Assembly: GCA_044361205.1 (NCBI GenBank)
Contig: JBIKJD010000001.1
Location: 1 to 35,351, forward strand
DNA length: 35,351 nucleotides
Direction: 5' to 3'
Origin: Rhodoluna sp.
Lineage (GTDB): Bacteria; Actinomycetota; Actinomycetes; Actinomycetales; Microbacteriaceae
Part shown: positions 18,815 to 28,124 of the stretch, one piece after another
How the letters are laid out: the number at the start of each line of letters is the position of its first letter
How positions within the stretch are numbered: position 1 is the stretch's first letter
Notes under the pieces: generated by a model
Database searches by the model: none
What the model saw: only the letters and a program-made list of their open reading frames with translations
What the model was told of the DNA's origin: nothing
Position numbers and translations under genes: made by a program

Positions 18815-19684
18815 TTGACCGCAATTAAGCTCGATGGTCTAGCAACAGCGAAAGCCATCAAAGACGAACTGCGCGAGCGGGTCATCGAGCTTAAGCAAAG
18901 AGACATTACTCCCGGCCTTGGCACGCTACTAGTTGGCGATGACCCTGGCAGCCACCAATACGTTGGCGGCAAGCACCGCGACTGCGCCGAAGTTGGTGTC
19001 AAGTCGGTGAGAATCGACCTCCCAGCAAGTGCCTCAACCCAAGACATCAAAGCCGCCATCAAAGACCTCAACGAAGCCAGCGACGTCACCGGCTACATCA
19101 TCCAACTTCCACTTCCATTCGGCATCGACACCAACGAGATGTTGGAACTGATGGACCCAGCCAAAGACGCCGACGGCCTTCACCCAATCAACCTCGGCAA
19201 GCTAGTGCTTGGTGTGAACCAGCCACTCGACTCTCCGCTTCCCTGCACGCCCGCCGGAATCGTGGAACTTCTCAAGCGCTACGAAATCCCAACCAAGGGC
19301 AAAGAAGTCGCCATCATCGGTCGCGGCATTACAGTTGGCCGACCACTCGGTCTTCTGATGTCTAGAAAAGGTATCGACGCCACAGTCACTACCGTTCACT
19401 CCAACACCGTGGACCCTCACCACGTAATCAAGCGAGCCGACATCGTCATAGCCGCCGTTGGCGTTGCCCATTTCATTCAACCCGAATGGATCAAAGAGGG
19501 CGCAGCTGTTCTCGACGTTGGCATCACCCGCCACATCAACGACGACGGAACCAGCCAATTACTCGGCGACGTTCACCCAGATGTTGAGAAGGTCGCGAAA
19601 TACCTTTCCCCAAACCCAGGCGGAGTTGGCCCAATGACCCGAGCCATGCTCGTCAAAAACGTAGTGGACGCAGCCGGCCGCTAA
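18815..19684 (+). CDS. folD: Methylenetetrahydrofolate dehydrogenase/cyclohydrolase
   Basis: TTG start 3 nt after gly[43 protein letters not shown]. Confidence 0.97.
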   Translation: MTAIKLDGLATAKAIKDELRERVIELKQRDITPGLGTLLVGDDPGSHQYVGGKHRDCAEVGVKSVRIDLPASASTQDIKAAIKDLNEASDVTGYIIQLPLPFGIDTNEMLELMDPAKDADGLHPINLGKLVLGVNQPLDSPLPCTPAGIVELLKRYEIPTKGKEVAIIGRGITVGRPLGLLMSRKGIDATVTTVHSNTVDPHHVIKRADIVIAAVGVAHFIQPEWIKEGAAVLDVGITRHINDDGTSQLLGDVHPDVEKVAKYLSPNPGGVGPMTRAMLVKNVVDAAGR

Positions 19685-20316
19685 TGCAGAACGACATCGC
19701 CAACCAAACCCTTCAGATTCTTGAAATCATCGGAACTCTCGCCTTTGGCGCATCAGGCCTAATCGCTGCCGCCAGAAAAAAGCTCGACATGGTTGGCGTC
19801 ATCCTGCTGGTCCTAGTTACCGCATTCGGTGGCGGAACCCTCCGCGACATCCTCCTCGACCGAGCACCATTTTTCTGGATCCAGAACGAAATCTGGATAT
19901 GGCTACTGGCCGGTGTTGCCATCCTCATCCAGTTCTTTGTCAAAGCCAGAAACATCGAACTAAACGCCCGCGCCATAGACTGGCCAGATGCCATCGGCCT
20001 CGGGGTATTCGCAGCACTCGGCACCCAAATCGCCCTCGACATGGGCAACTCACCACTAATCGCCAGCATGATGGGCGTAATCACCGCAGCATTCGGTGGA
20101 CTCATCCGCGACGTCCTAATCGCCGAAATCCCAGGACTAGTTAACGACCACCAGCTCTACGCCTCCCTCGCCTTCGTTGGCGGCCTCTTCATCTGGCTCC
20201 TCCAATACCTCGGCCTCAACAGCAATTACTCCGCCCTCGCCGGCGCACTCACCATCATCGCCGCACGCATCCTCGCCATCAAATTCGGCTGGAAACTGCC
20301 GTCCTGGCGAAGTTAG
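19684..20316 (+). CDS. TRIC/UPF0126 (YadS-like) membrane protein, possible glycine transporter
   Basis: Two internal repeats: AFGASG...TAFGGGTLRD and DAIGLGVF...TAAFGGLIRD. TAATG overlap with folD. Confidence 0.9.
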   Translation: MQNDIANQTLQILEIIGTLAFGASGLIAAARKKLDMVGVILLVLVTAFGGGTLRDILLDRAPFFWIQNEIWIWLLAGVAILIQFFVKARNIELNARAIDWPDAIGLGVFAALGTQIALDMGNSPLIASMMGVITAAFGGLIRDVLIAEIPGLVNDHQLYASLAFVGGLFIWLLQYLGLNSNYSALAGALTIIAARILAIKFGWKLPSWRS

Positions 20317-20328
20317 GATGTTGACAAC

Positions 20329-20583
20329 ATGATGCCAGCCCCGTCTCCACGGCCTTGTCCAATCTGCCGCCCAAACGCAGACGCGGAGACTGCAGCAGAC
20401 TTGAACCGCTTCGCGGGAATGATGTTCGGAGATCCCGTTTTAAATAGACCTATGAAATGCACAGACTGCGGATACCAACAAGGTGATTGGATTGTTTTTG
20501 GTAGACCAGTAAGGCCTTCCATAATTATCTGGACCGTGATTAGTATGGCGTCCGGATTTTTGATCGGTTTGTTCTTTTTCTAG
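20329..20583 (+). CDS. Hypothetical protein with two CxxC motifs and a C-terminal TM helix
   Basis: CPIC...CTDC plus hydrophobic C-terminus IIIWTVISMASGFLIGLFFF. More AT-rich than the upstream gene. Confidence 0.6.
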   Translation: MMPAPSPRPCPICRPNADAETAADLNRFAGMMFGDPVLNRPMKCTDCGYQQGDWIVFGRPVRPSIIIWTVISMASGFLIGLFFF

Positions 20584-20692
20584 TTTCCGTTCTCCAACCA
20601 TTTCAACTATTTTCCTCTAATTTGCCTTTTGCTTGGACCGTTTGATGGCAGACTAATCCCGTCCATTCAACGACGAATGAAAGCAAACGTTC

Positions 20693-23686
20693 ATGCCAAA
20701 AGCAGAATTGATGGCGCTTGTTGAGCCGGCTACCAGCCTGGTTCGTAAGTGGCTAAGTGAGACCGGTACTACCCAGCAGGCTGCCGAGGGCCGATTTTCG
20801 GCGATACTCAAAGACCCTGGGGGTCTTGATTTCACCCTTCGATTTGTTGACCGTGTAATTCGTCCTGAAGATAACCGGATGTGTGCGAACGAGCTGTTTC
20901 GTTTGGCTAAGAACCCACCCAAAGCTTTATCTTTTCTAGACCGAACCATGATTCGGGTTGGTGGTTTGGCCGCGCCAATAGCACCAGGGATTGTCATTCC
21001 GATTGCTCAGGCGAAGTTGCGCCAGATTGTGAAGCACCTGATTGCCGATGCTCGACCCAATCAACTTACCAAGCACATTGCGGCCACCAGGGCCGATGGC
21101 ACCCGATTGAACCTGAACCTTTTGGGCGAAGCCGTCCTAGGGGAGAAGGCTTCACTCGGGCGTTTTGAAAAGACCTTTGAGCTTCTAAAACGCAACGACG
21201 TTGACTATGTATCAATAAAGGTTTCAGCGGTGATCTCTCAGGTTTCGATGTGGGGCTTTGAGGAAACAGTGGATCGCGTTATTGAACGTTTGAAGCCGCT
21301 TTATCTCTATGCGGCAAAGTCTTCTACTCCTAAGTTCATTAACCTCGACATGGAAGAGTATCGCGACCTGGCGTTGACCCTGGAAGTTTTTGAGCGTTTG
21401 ATGTCGCTTCCAGAAACCAAGGGGCTTCAAGCTGGGATCGTGTTGCAGGCTTATTTACCTGATGCTTTGGGAGCCATGCAGCGGGTGCAGGAGTTCGCGG
21501 CGAAGCGAGTTGCCAAGGGTGGAGCTCCGCTTAAGGTTCGAGTGGTCAAAGGCGCCAATCTGTCGATGGAGTTGGTTGATGCCGACATCCATGGCTGGAC
21601 TTTGGCAACCTATGGAACCAAACGTGAGACCGACACCAATTACAAGCGCGTACTCGACTGGGCATTGATGCCAGAGCGCCTTGAGAACGTTCGGATTGGA
21701 ATCGCGGGCCATAACCTGTTCGACATTGCGCTTGCCCACCTCTTGGCCGAGAGTCGCGGGGTGCGTTCGTTAGTTGATTTCGAGCTCCTCAAGGGCATGG
21801 CGGTCGATATTTCGGCGAACGTTCGCAAGACGGTTGGCGATTTACTTCTTTACACACCAGTGGTTCACCCAAACGAGTTCGAGGTGGCAATCGCTTATCT
21901 GACCAGAAGACTCGAGGAGAACGCTTCGCCTGAGAACTTCATGTCTGGGCTGTTCGACATCGCGAAGAGTGAAGCCATCTTCAAGCGCGAGCATGACCGT
22001 TTTATTGCCAGCGTTGAGGCTTTGGATGATCGGCCACAATTGCCGAGACGTTTGAACGAAACGGCTCCCGAGCGAATGAATACTCCTGACAGCGATCCGT
22101 CGTTGCCGGAAACCAGGGCTTGGGTTAGGAGTGCGGTCGCTAAGGCTCGGGAACTTTCTACTCACCCGAAACCGCTAGCCACGAAGATTCAGACCCTGAA
22201 GACGGAAGCGGAAATTGACTCTGCTGTGGCAAAGGCAAGTGATGCAGCCGACGTGTGGGCAAAAGATCCGAACTCTCGCAAGGCGCTTTTGACTAACGCT
22301 GCGAACGAATTACAAAAAAGGCGAGCAGAACTTGCCACGGTGATGATTGCCGAGGCGGGCAAGACTATCGGTGAAGCTGACACCGAGATTTCGGAAGCCA
22401 TCGACTTCGCTAGTTTCTATGCATCACGAATCGACGATCTTTCGTCGAGGTCTCATGCAAGGTTCGAACCTTATCGGGTCACAGTGGTTACACCTCCTTG
22501 GAACTTTCCTGTGGCGATTCCAGCCGGCGGAACGTTGGCAGCTTTGGCCGCTGGTAACTCGGTGATTCTGAAACCGGCTCCAGAGGTTCCAAGATGTTCG
22601 GAACTTATGGTTGAGGCACTTTGGGCGGCGGGAATTCCTAAGTCGGTTCTGCAAATCGTCCGAGTGGAAGATGGCCCTTTAGGTCTTCATTTGATTGGAC
22701 ATGACAACGTGGATAACGTGGTGCTCACCGGATCGTGGGAAACCGCAAAACTATTCAAAGACCACAAGCCTTCGCTTCACCTAAGTGCCGAGACCAGTGG
22801 CAAGAATGCCATCGTGATTACCCCCATCGCCGACCTCGACCTGGCCGCCGCCGACTTGGCGAAGAGCGCCTTCGGCCATGCCGGTCAAAAGTGTTCCGCT
22901 GCCAGCCTGGCCATTCTGGTTGGTTCGGTCAAGCGTTCCAAGCAGTTCTTGGAACAGTTGGTCGATGCCGCTTCCTCGATGAAGATTGGGCTCTCTGCCG
23001 ATTCAAGCATTGGCGCTCTTGTTCTTCCGCCGAGTGGAAAGTTGCTGCGGGCACTCACCACGTTAGATCCCGGCGAGAGCTGGTTACTTGAGCCAAAGCA
23101 ACTCGACGACGAAGGTTACTTCTGGAGCCCAGGCATCAAGTTGGGAGTCAAGCCGGGCAGCTGGTTCCACCAAAACGAGTGCTTTGGACCCGTCCTAGGA
23201 ATCATGGTTGCGAAGAACCTCAGGGAAGCCGTTGAGATCCAGAATGGCACCGACTACGGTTTGACCGCTGGGCTTCAAAGCCTTGATCAGGGTGAACAGG
23301 ATTACTGGATTGAAAACGTGGTTGCCGGAAACAAATACATCAACCGAGGCATCACCGGAGCCATCGTTCAGAGGCAGCCGTTCGGTGGCTTGAAACGTTC
23401 TTCGGTTGGCCCAGGTCTCAAGGCCGGCGGGCTTCACTATCTATATGGTTTTGGAGTTTGGAAAAAGACCGGTGAGCCAACTGGCAAGGTTCCAATGCCT
23501 GCTTTGGAAGAAGCGTATCCAACTCTCGAGCGCAACCTGCATGTGTATCGCCCAACCGAGGAGAAGCCTGAATACTATGTTTGGCCCCACGACGACCTCG
23601 GCGACGACGAATGGAAACTCCTCACCAGCTGTCGTGAAGAGTCCATCTCCATCACCAATCATCGCTTTGGAGCTCCGCTGAACTAG
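20693..23686 (+). CDS. putA: Bifunctional proline dehydrogenase/glutamate-semialdehyde (P5C) dehydrogenase, C-terminally compacted
   Basis: NLNLLGEAVLG, INLDMEEY, VLQAYLPD, RVVKGAN, YLTRRLEEN, PPWNFP, AETSGKN, catalytic AGQKCSAAS, ECFGP, QPFGG. Confidence 0.95.
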   Translation: MPKAELMALVEPATSLVRKWLSETGTTQQAAEGRFSAILKDPGGLDFTLRFVDRVIRPEDNRMCANELFRLAKNPPKALSFLDRTMIRVGGLAAPIAPGIVIPIAQAKLRQIVKHLIADARPNQLTKHIAATRADGTRLNLNLLGEAVLGEKASLGRFEKTFELLKRNDVDYVSIKVSAVISQVSMWGFEETVDRVIERLKPLYLYAAKSSTPKFINLDMEEYRDLALTLEVFERLMSLPETKGLQAGIVLQAYLPDALGAMQRVQEFAAKRVAKGGAPLKVRVVKGANLSMELVDADIHGWTLATYGTKRETDTNYKRVLDWALMPERLENVRIGIAGHNLFDIALAHLLAESRGVRSLVDFELLKGMAVDISANVRKTVGDLLLYTPVVHPNEFEVAIAYLTRRLEENASPENFMSGLFDIAKSEAIFKREHDRFIASVEALDDRPQLPRRLNETAPERMNTPDSDPSLPETRAWVRSAVAKARELSTHPKPLATKIQTLKTEAEIDSAVAKASDAADVWAKDPNSRKALLTNAANELQKRRAELATVMIAEAGKTIGEADTEISEAIDFASFYASRIDDLSSRSHARFEPYRVTVVTPPWNFPVAIPAGGTLAALAAGNSVILKPAPEVPRCSELMVEALWAAGIPKSVLQIVRVEDGPLGLHLIGHDNVDNVVLTGSWETAKLFKDHKPSLHLSAETSGKNAIVITPIADLDLAAADLAKSAFGHAGQKCSAASLAILVGSVKRSKQFLEQLVDAASSMKIGLSADSSIGALVLPPSGKLLRALTTLDPGESWLLEPKQLDDEGYFWSPGIKLGVKPGSWFHQNECFGPVLGIMVAKNLREAVEIQNGTDYGLTAGLQSLDQGEQDYWIENVVAGNKYINRGITGAIVQRQPFGGLKRSSVGPGLKAGGLHYLYGFGVWKKTGEPTGKVPMPALEEAYPTLERNLHVYRPTEEKPEYYVWPHDDLGDDEWKLLTSCREESISITNHRFGAPLN

Positions 23687-23728
23687 AGCCTTTGAGGCTC
23701 TTCCAAAGCGGTCAAGTAGTCTTTGGTT

Positions 23729-23866
23729 ATGCCCCGAATCGCTAAACGCAAAAACGGCTTTGAGCCGAAACTTTGCGTGACTTGCGGCTTGCCTTTCGAG
23801 TGGCGGAAGAAGTGGGCGAAGGATTGGGAAAACGTTAAGTATTGCTCGGAGAAGTGTAAGAAGTGA
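23729..23866 (+). CDS. DUF2256-family small Cys4 protein, 45 aa (not in ORF track)
   Basis: MPRIAKRKNGFEPKLCVTCGLPFEWRKKWAKDWENVKYCSEKCKK matches the K.C..C..PF.WRKKW...W..VKYCS..C signature. TAGTCT -10 at 23717-23722. GTGA overlap with the next gene. Confidence 0.9.
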   Translation: MPRIAKRKNGFEPKLCVTCGLPFEWRKKWAKDWENVKYCSEKCKK

Positions 23867-25341
23867 CTTTCCAGCGAATCCTTTATATTGCTCATGACCA
23901 CCTGAACTCTGATTACGGCGTTCTGAAGGATGCCGATCCAACGACTGATGTCGTGGTGTTGGTGGAGAGTGAGCGCATGGTCGAGGGGCGCCCTTGGCAC
24001 AAGGAACGCCTGTTCTTCCTGCTTTCCTCGGCTCGTCACTTCGCAAACGAATTACAAGAAAAGGGCTTCCAGGTTCGTTACCTGCAGGCCCCAACTACCC
24101 TCGATGGCTTGAACCAGGTAAAGCAAGAATTCGGCAATCTGCCGATTCACTGTGCAGAACCATCCAGCCACAAGCAGTTTCAACAACTTCAGGCTGCCGG
24201 CTTGGTTTTTCACGCCAATGATTTCTTCCTAACCTCACGCGAGCTTTTCGTTCAATGGGCTGAGAAGCAAAAGACTTTTGTGATGGAAAATTTCTATCGC
24301 GCTCAACGGTTGAGGTTGAACATCCTCATGCAATCGGGTGATCCGGTTGGTGGACGTTGGAACTACGACGCCGACAATCGCCTCCCGCCACCGAAGAACT
24401 ACACCTGGCCTCCCTATCTTAAACACGAGCGCGACTCGATCGATGAGAGGGTAGCTAAAGAGTTGGGAATGGAAACCACCAAGACCTGGGCAACCACTCG
24501 CGATGGAGCGCTCAAACAACTTGAATACTTTGTCGAAGTAAACCTCAAGGGTTTCGGTCCATACGAAGACGCCATAACGAAAGAGAACTGGGCGCTTCAC
24601 CACTCACTGCTAAGCCCATATCTAAACAACGGTCTTCTTCACGCTCGTGAGGTTGTTTCGGCAGTGCTTCGTGCGTTCGAAAGTGGTTCGGCCCCAATCG
24701 AATCCGTGGAAGCTTTTGTTCGCCAGGTAATTGGTTGGCGTGAATACATCAACGGCATGTATTGGTTCTTGGGTGAGAACTACCGCAACGAAAACCAGCT
24801 TGGAGCGACCCGCAAGTTGTTGCCACTTTTCAACGACTCAAGCAAAACAAAGATGAATTGCGTGAAGTCGGTGGTTGAAGACGTTGAGGCACGAGCTTGG
24901 ACTCACCACATTCCTCGCCTAATGGTTTTGAGCAACCTGGCTTTGACCACTGGAGTCAATCCGCAGGAGTTCCTCGACTGGATGCGTGAGCAGTTCATCG
25001 ATGCCGCCGACTGGGTCATGGTTCCGAACATCATAGGAATGGCAACCCACGCCGACGGTGGAAAGCTAATGACTAAACCGTATGCGTCCGGCGGCGCATA
25101 TCTAAACAAGATGACCGACCACTGCAAAGGTTGCTTCTACGATCCAAAGAAGAGAAATGGGGACGACGCCTGCCCATTCACAACCCTTTACTGGGATTTC
25201 TTAGATCGCCACAAGGACGACTTCAAGAAGAACCACCGAATGTTCCAGCAGATGAGTGGATTGAATCGTCTAAGCGACCTTCCAGCTGTTCGAGCGCACG
25301 CAGTGGAAATTCTCGCTGGTCTGGATAAGGGTGAGATTTAG
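23863..25341 (+). CDS. FeS-cluster bacterial cryptochrome/(6-4) photolyase (CryB/PhrB type)
   Basis: HKERL, MENFYR, PVGGRWNYDADNR, HSLLSPYLNNGLL, EAFVRQVIGWREY, HHIPRLMV, DAADWV, TKPYASGGAYLNKM. Four Cys ligands: MNC...HCKGC...ACPF. Confidence 0.93.
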   Translation: MTFQRILYIAHDHLNSDYGVLKDADPTTDVVVLVESERMVEGRPWHKERLFFLLSSARHFANELQEKGFQVRYLQAPTTLDGLNQVKQEFGNLPIHCAEPSSHKQFQQLQAAGLVFHANDFFLTSRELFVQWAEKQKTFVMENFYRAQRLRLNILMQSGDPVGGRWNYDADNRLPPPKNYTWPPYLKHERDSIDERVAKELGMETTKTWATTRDGALKQLEYFVEVNLKGFGPYEDAITKENWALHHSLLSPYLNNGLLHAREVVSAVLRAFESGSAPIESVEAFVRQVIGWREYINGMYWFLGENYRNENQLGATRKLLPLFNDSSKTKMNCVKSVVEDVEARAWTHHIPRLMVLSNLALTTGVNPQEFLDWMREQFIDAADWVMVPNIIGMATHADGGKLMTKPYASGGAYLNKMTDHCKGCFYDPKKRNGDDACPFTTLYWDFLDRHKDDFKKNHRMFQQMSGLNRLSDLPAVRAHAVEILAGLDKGEI

Positions 25342-26159
25342 AAACGCGAGCGAATAGCCCAAAGGTCTGGGAACACTGAGCGAAACAGTGTGCTGGCTAG
25401 GTAGTCGACGCCAGCCGAGCCGCCGGTGCCCATCTTTCGGCCGATGGTTCGTTCGACCATCTTGACATGGCGGTAGCGCCATTCCTGCAAGCCTTCGTCT
25501 AGATCCATTAGGCGTTCGCAGACAGCGGCACCGTCTGGGTCTTTTTTATGCAGTTTGAGGAGAACTTCTTGTAATTCGTCGTTGGCTTCGTAGGGTTTGC
25601 TAACGTCGCGGTTCAGTAGTTCTTTCGGAACCTTATGGCCATTCTTCTTGAAGTAGTGGAGCGCTGAATCCCAGAGGGAGTTTCTGGTCATGGCGGCTTC
25701 TACCGCTTTTCTGGCTGGCGAGCCTTCGATCAGGTGTTCAGCCATGCCCATTCCGGATGTTTTGTCGGAGCCTTCACCAGCGCGGTCGCGGCGTCCGAGG
25801 ATGGCCTCGAACTCGCGGAACTGGGCCGACTGGAAGCCTGAGCTTGACTGGAGGAAACCACGGAACGAGTTGAACTGAAGTGGCGTCATGGTTTCAAGGA
25901 TGTCAACCTGGGCTACGCAGGTTTTCATGATGGTTCTCATGCGGCCGAGGGTTGCTAACGAGGTGTGGGTGTTTCCCTTTTCAAGTTCGGCTTGAAGGTG
26001 CTTGGCTTCGTGAATGAGTTGCTTGAACCAGAGTTCGTAGGTTTGGTGAATGACGATGAACAGCATCTCATCGTGTTCAGGGCCGGTGCTTTCAGGCTGC
26101 TGAAGGTTCAGTAGTTCATCGATCTTCAGGTAGCTGATGTAGGTGATGGCTTTGCTCAT
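25338..26159 (-). CDS. kynA: Tryptophan 2,3-dioxygenase
   Basis: YISYLKIDELL, HDEMLFIVIHQTYELWF, SGFQSAQFR, WRYRHVKMVERTIG, GTGGS. Confidence 0.96.
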   Translation of the reverse strand: MSKAITYISYLKIDELLNLQQPESTGPEHDEMLFIVIHQTYELWFKQLIHEAKHLQAELEKGNTHTSLATLGRMRTIMKTCVAQVDILETMTPLQFNSFRGFLQSSSGFQSAQFREFEAILGRRDRAGEGSDKTSGMGMAEHLIEGSPARKAVEAAMTRNSLWDSALHYFKKNGHKVPKELLNRDVSKPYEANDELQEVLLKLHKKDPDGAAVCERLMDLDEGLQEWRYRHVKMVERTIGRKMGTGGSAGVDYLASTLFRSVFPDLWAIRSRF

Positions 26160-27457
26160 GTGACGCGGCTTCCGTTGTCTTCGATCTCTAGGTACTTCTT
26201 GCTTTCAACCAAGTCCTTGAGTCTCGCGAAGCCGTCCCAAACCTCGGTGTAACTGGTTGGTAGTGGCGCGATTGCAAGGCGGATGGAATCCGGAGTCCGA
26301 TAGTCAGGCACAACTTTAATTTCGGTTCGCATCGCGGTAGCAATCTTCTTGGCATCGGGGTGGCCGATTGTGATGTGACCGCCGCGTTCTTTCGGGTTAC
26401 GGGGGGTGAGCAGTTCAAAGCCGAGCGGGTGCAGCCAGGCGTCGAACAGGGCAATCATCATTTCGGTGCCAACGTTTGCTTTGTGCTCGATGGCTGCGAT
26501 CGTTGCTTCCTCGATCATCTTGAAGCTGGACTGAATCATGCGCATACCGATGATGCTCGGGGATGCAATTTGGAAACGACGGATGTCGTCGGCTGGTTCA
26601 AAGAACGGACCCATGGTGAACTGATCCTTCTGTGAGAACCAACCCTGGATTGGAACACGAAGTTCTTTCTGAATGCTCTTGTTCACATAAAGCCAAGCGG
26701 TTCCGCCGGGCCCGGCGTTACCGTATTTGTAGGTGCAACCAACCGCGAGGTCGACACCGTTGGCATCAAGGTTGAGTTCAATGGCTCCGATGGCGTGAGA
26801 GCAGTCCCAGACCACGAGGATGCCGTATTTGCGGCAAAGGTCGGTGATGCCCTTGATGTCTGGTCTTGAGCCAGAGCGGTAGTGGATTGCTTGTAAGGTA
26901 ACCAGGGCAACATCTTCGCTGAGGAAAGGCTCGAGAGCCTCCGGGGTGATTAGCTCCTTCTTGGTTTTGATGTCCTGGGCGTTTGGACCGCCCATGCCGT
27001 CGTTGTTAAGGGTGATCAGTTCGAGGTTGCGGTCACGAGCCAGCCCTTCGAGGATGTAGCGGTCTGTAGGGAAGTTGCTCGAATCGATGATGATCTTCTT
27101 GCGATTAGGTCTGGCCATAATGGCCGCCGAGCAAAGTTGGAAGAAGTTCACGCTGGTGGTGTCGACGGCCAGAACCTGACCTGGGGCTGCGCCTAGTGCC
27201 GCCCGACCCAAAAGGTCTCCGGTTGGCTGAGCTTCGTCGATCCAGTGGCTCCAGCCGTCGACGAGTTCTGTGCTCCACTCGTCTAGGAAGTCGTTTACCG
27301 CTTGTTTGGTCGCTTTTGGCATGCGACCGAGCGAGTTGCCGTCTAGGTAGCAAACTTCTTCATCTTTGATAACGAACTGCTCGCGATACTTGGCAAGAGG
27401 GTCTTTGAGGTCTAGATCTACCGCGGTTTGGCGGTTAGTGGCGTCTCCATTGAACAT
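26156..27457 (-). CDS. kynU: Kynureninase
   Basis: YLDGNSLG, NFPTDRY, WDCSHAIG, VGCTYKYGNAGPG, GWF. ATGA overlap with kynA. TAGGCT -10 (27464-27469) 6 nt before the start. Confidence 0.95.
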   Translation of the reverse strand: MFNGDATNRQTAVDLDLKDPLAKYREQFVIKDEEVCYLDGNSLGRMPKATKQAVNDFLDEWSTELVDGWSHWIDEAQPTGDLLGRAALGAAPGQVLAVDTTSVNFFQLCSAAIMARPNRKKIIIDSSNFPTDRYILEGLARDRNLELITLNNDGMGGPNAQDIKTKKELITPEALEPFLSEDVALVTLQAIHYRSGSRPDIKGITDLCRKYGILVVWDCSHAIGAIELNLDANGVDLAVGCTYKYGNAGPGGTAWLYVNKSIQKELRVPIQGWFSQKDQFTMGPFFEPADDIRRFQIASPSIIGMRMIQSSFKMIEEATIAAIEHKANVGTEMMIALFDAWLHPLGFELLTPRNPKERGGHITIGHPDAKKIATAMRTEIKVVPDYRTPDSIRLAIAPLPTSYTEVWDGFARLKDLVESKKYLEIEDNGSRVT

Positions 27458-27473
27458 AGGAATAGCCTACGAC

Positions 27474-28067
27474 TTACGGAACCTTGAAACCCATGCTCTT
27501 GAGGATGAAACTGCGGTCTATGCAACTTTGGTTTATAGCTTCACTTAAGTCGCCAGCTAAATTCAGTATTCGACTTTCGTGAGGGACTAGTAAATCTATT
27601 CCAATAAGATTTGCGGCGAGGGAAAAAGGGCTTTCAACAACGCCCATTTCACTAAGTCCAAGATCTAGCGTTCGCTTTGGAACTGCCAACCTGGCTCTGA
27701 AGTTCCATATTCGTTCATGGTGCGCTGCCCTGTTTCTGAAAGAGTTCAGGCTTGAAAGCAGCCCATCAACTTCTTTTTGGTTCTTCAAACCCAACTTTCG
27801 GGAAACTTCGAACCTGTCTTTAGGTGTTTTGGCACTGAAGTTTCTTCTCAAATCCCCAAACGTTAGCGATTGCTCTTTGGCAAGCTCTGAGCTGAGAAGT
27901 GAGGCTAGACGATGTTCAACGACCCCGATGCTTTTCATGTAAATCCCGCGCAATTCAAGGTCAAACTTGTAGTAGAGGTGAACTAAATGTTCGTCACCGT
28001 ATCTAACCCCGTGCAAGTATTCTCCAAAGCGTTTTTCACCAATAAGTTTTTCTAGTTGATGGTCCAC
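27474..28067 (-). CDS. Miniature Abi_2 (AbiD/AbiF-like) HEPN-domain protein
   Basis: LYYKFDLELR, VEHRL, LTFGDL, HEPN motif RNRAAH(HERIWN), terminal MGF. AT-richer than neighbours. GTG start directly preceded by an in-frame stop, with TAAATT 6 nt upstream. Confidence 0.85.
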   Translation of the reverse strand: MDHQLEKLIGEKRFGEYLHGVRYGDEHLVHLYYKFDLELRGIYMKSIGVVEHRLASLLSSELAKEQSLTFGDLRRNFSAKTPKDRFEVSRKLGLKNQKEVDGLLSSLNSFRNRAAHHERIWNFRARLAVPKRTLDLGLSEMGVVESPFSLAANLIGIDLLVPHESRILNLAGDLSEAINQSCIDRSFILKSMGFKVP

Positions 28068-28124
28068 TCAAGAAATTTACGCAAGCGAGTGATTTGAAAA
28101 TGCTCGTTTATTAAAAATGTGGAT

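Noticed and set aside
20317-20692. Replication origin or terminus at the skew flip
   Set aside because: No DnaA-box cluster, dnaA/parAB context or recognisable dif site; the skew change looks local.
23441-24094. 217-aa minus-strand ORF
   Set aside because: Overlaps putA, DUF2256 and the photolyase, all well supported on +; no motifs.
28085-28107. Weak inverted repeat (cgag...ctcg) between the ncRNA terminator and the Abi start
   Set aside because: Short and imperfect; cannot be distinguished from chance, though it could be an operator.
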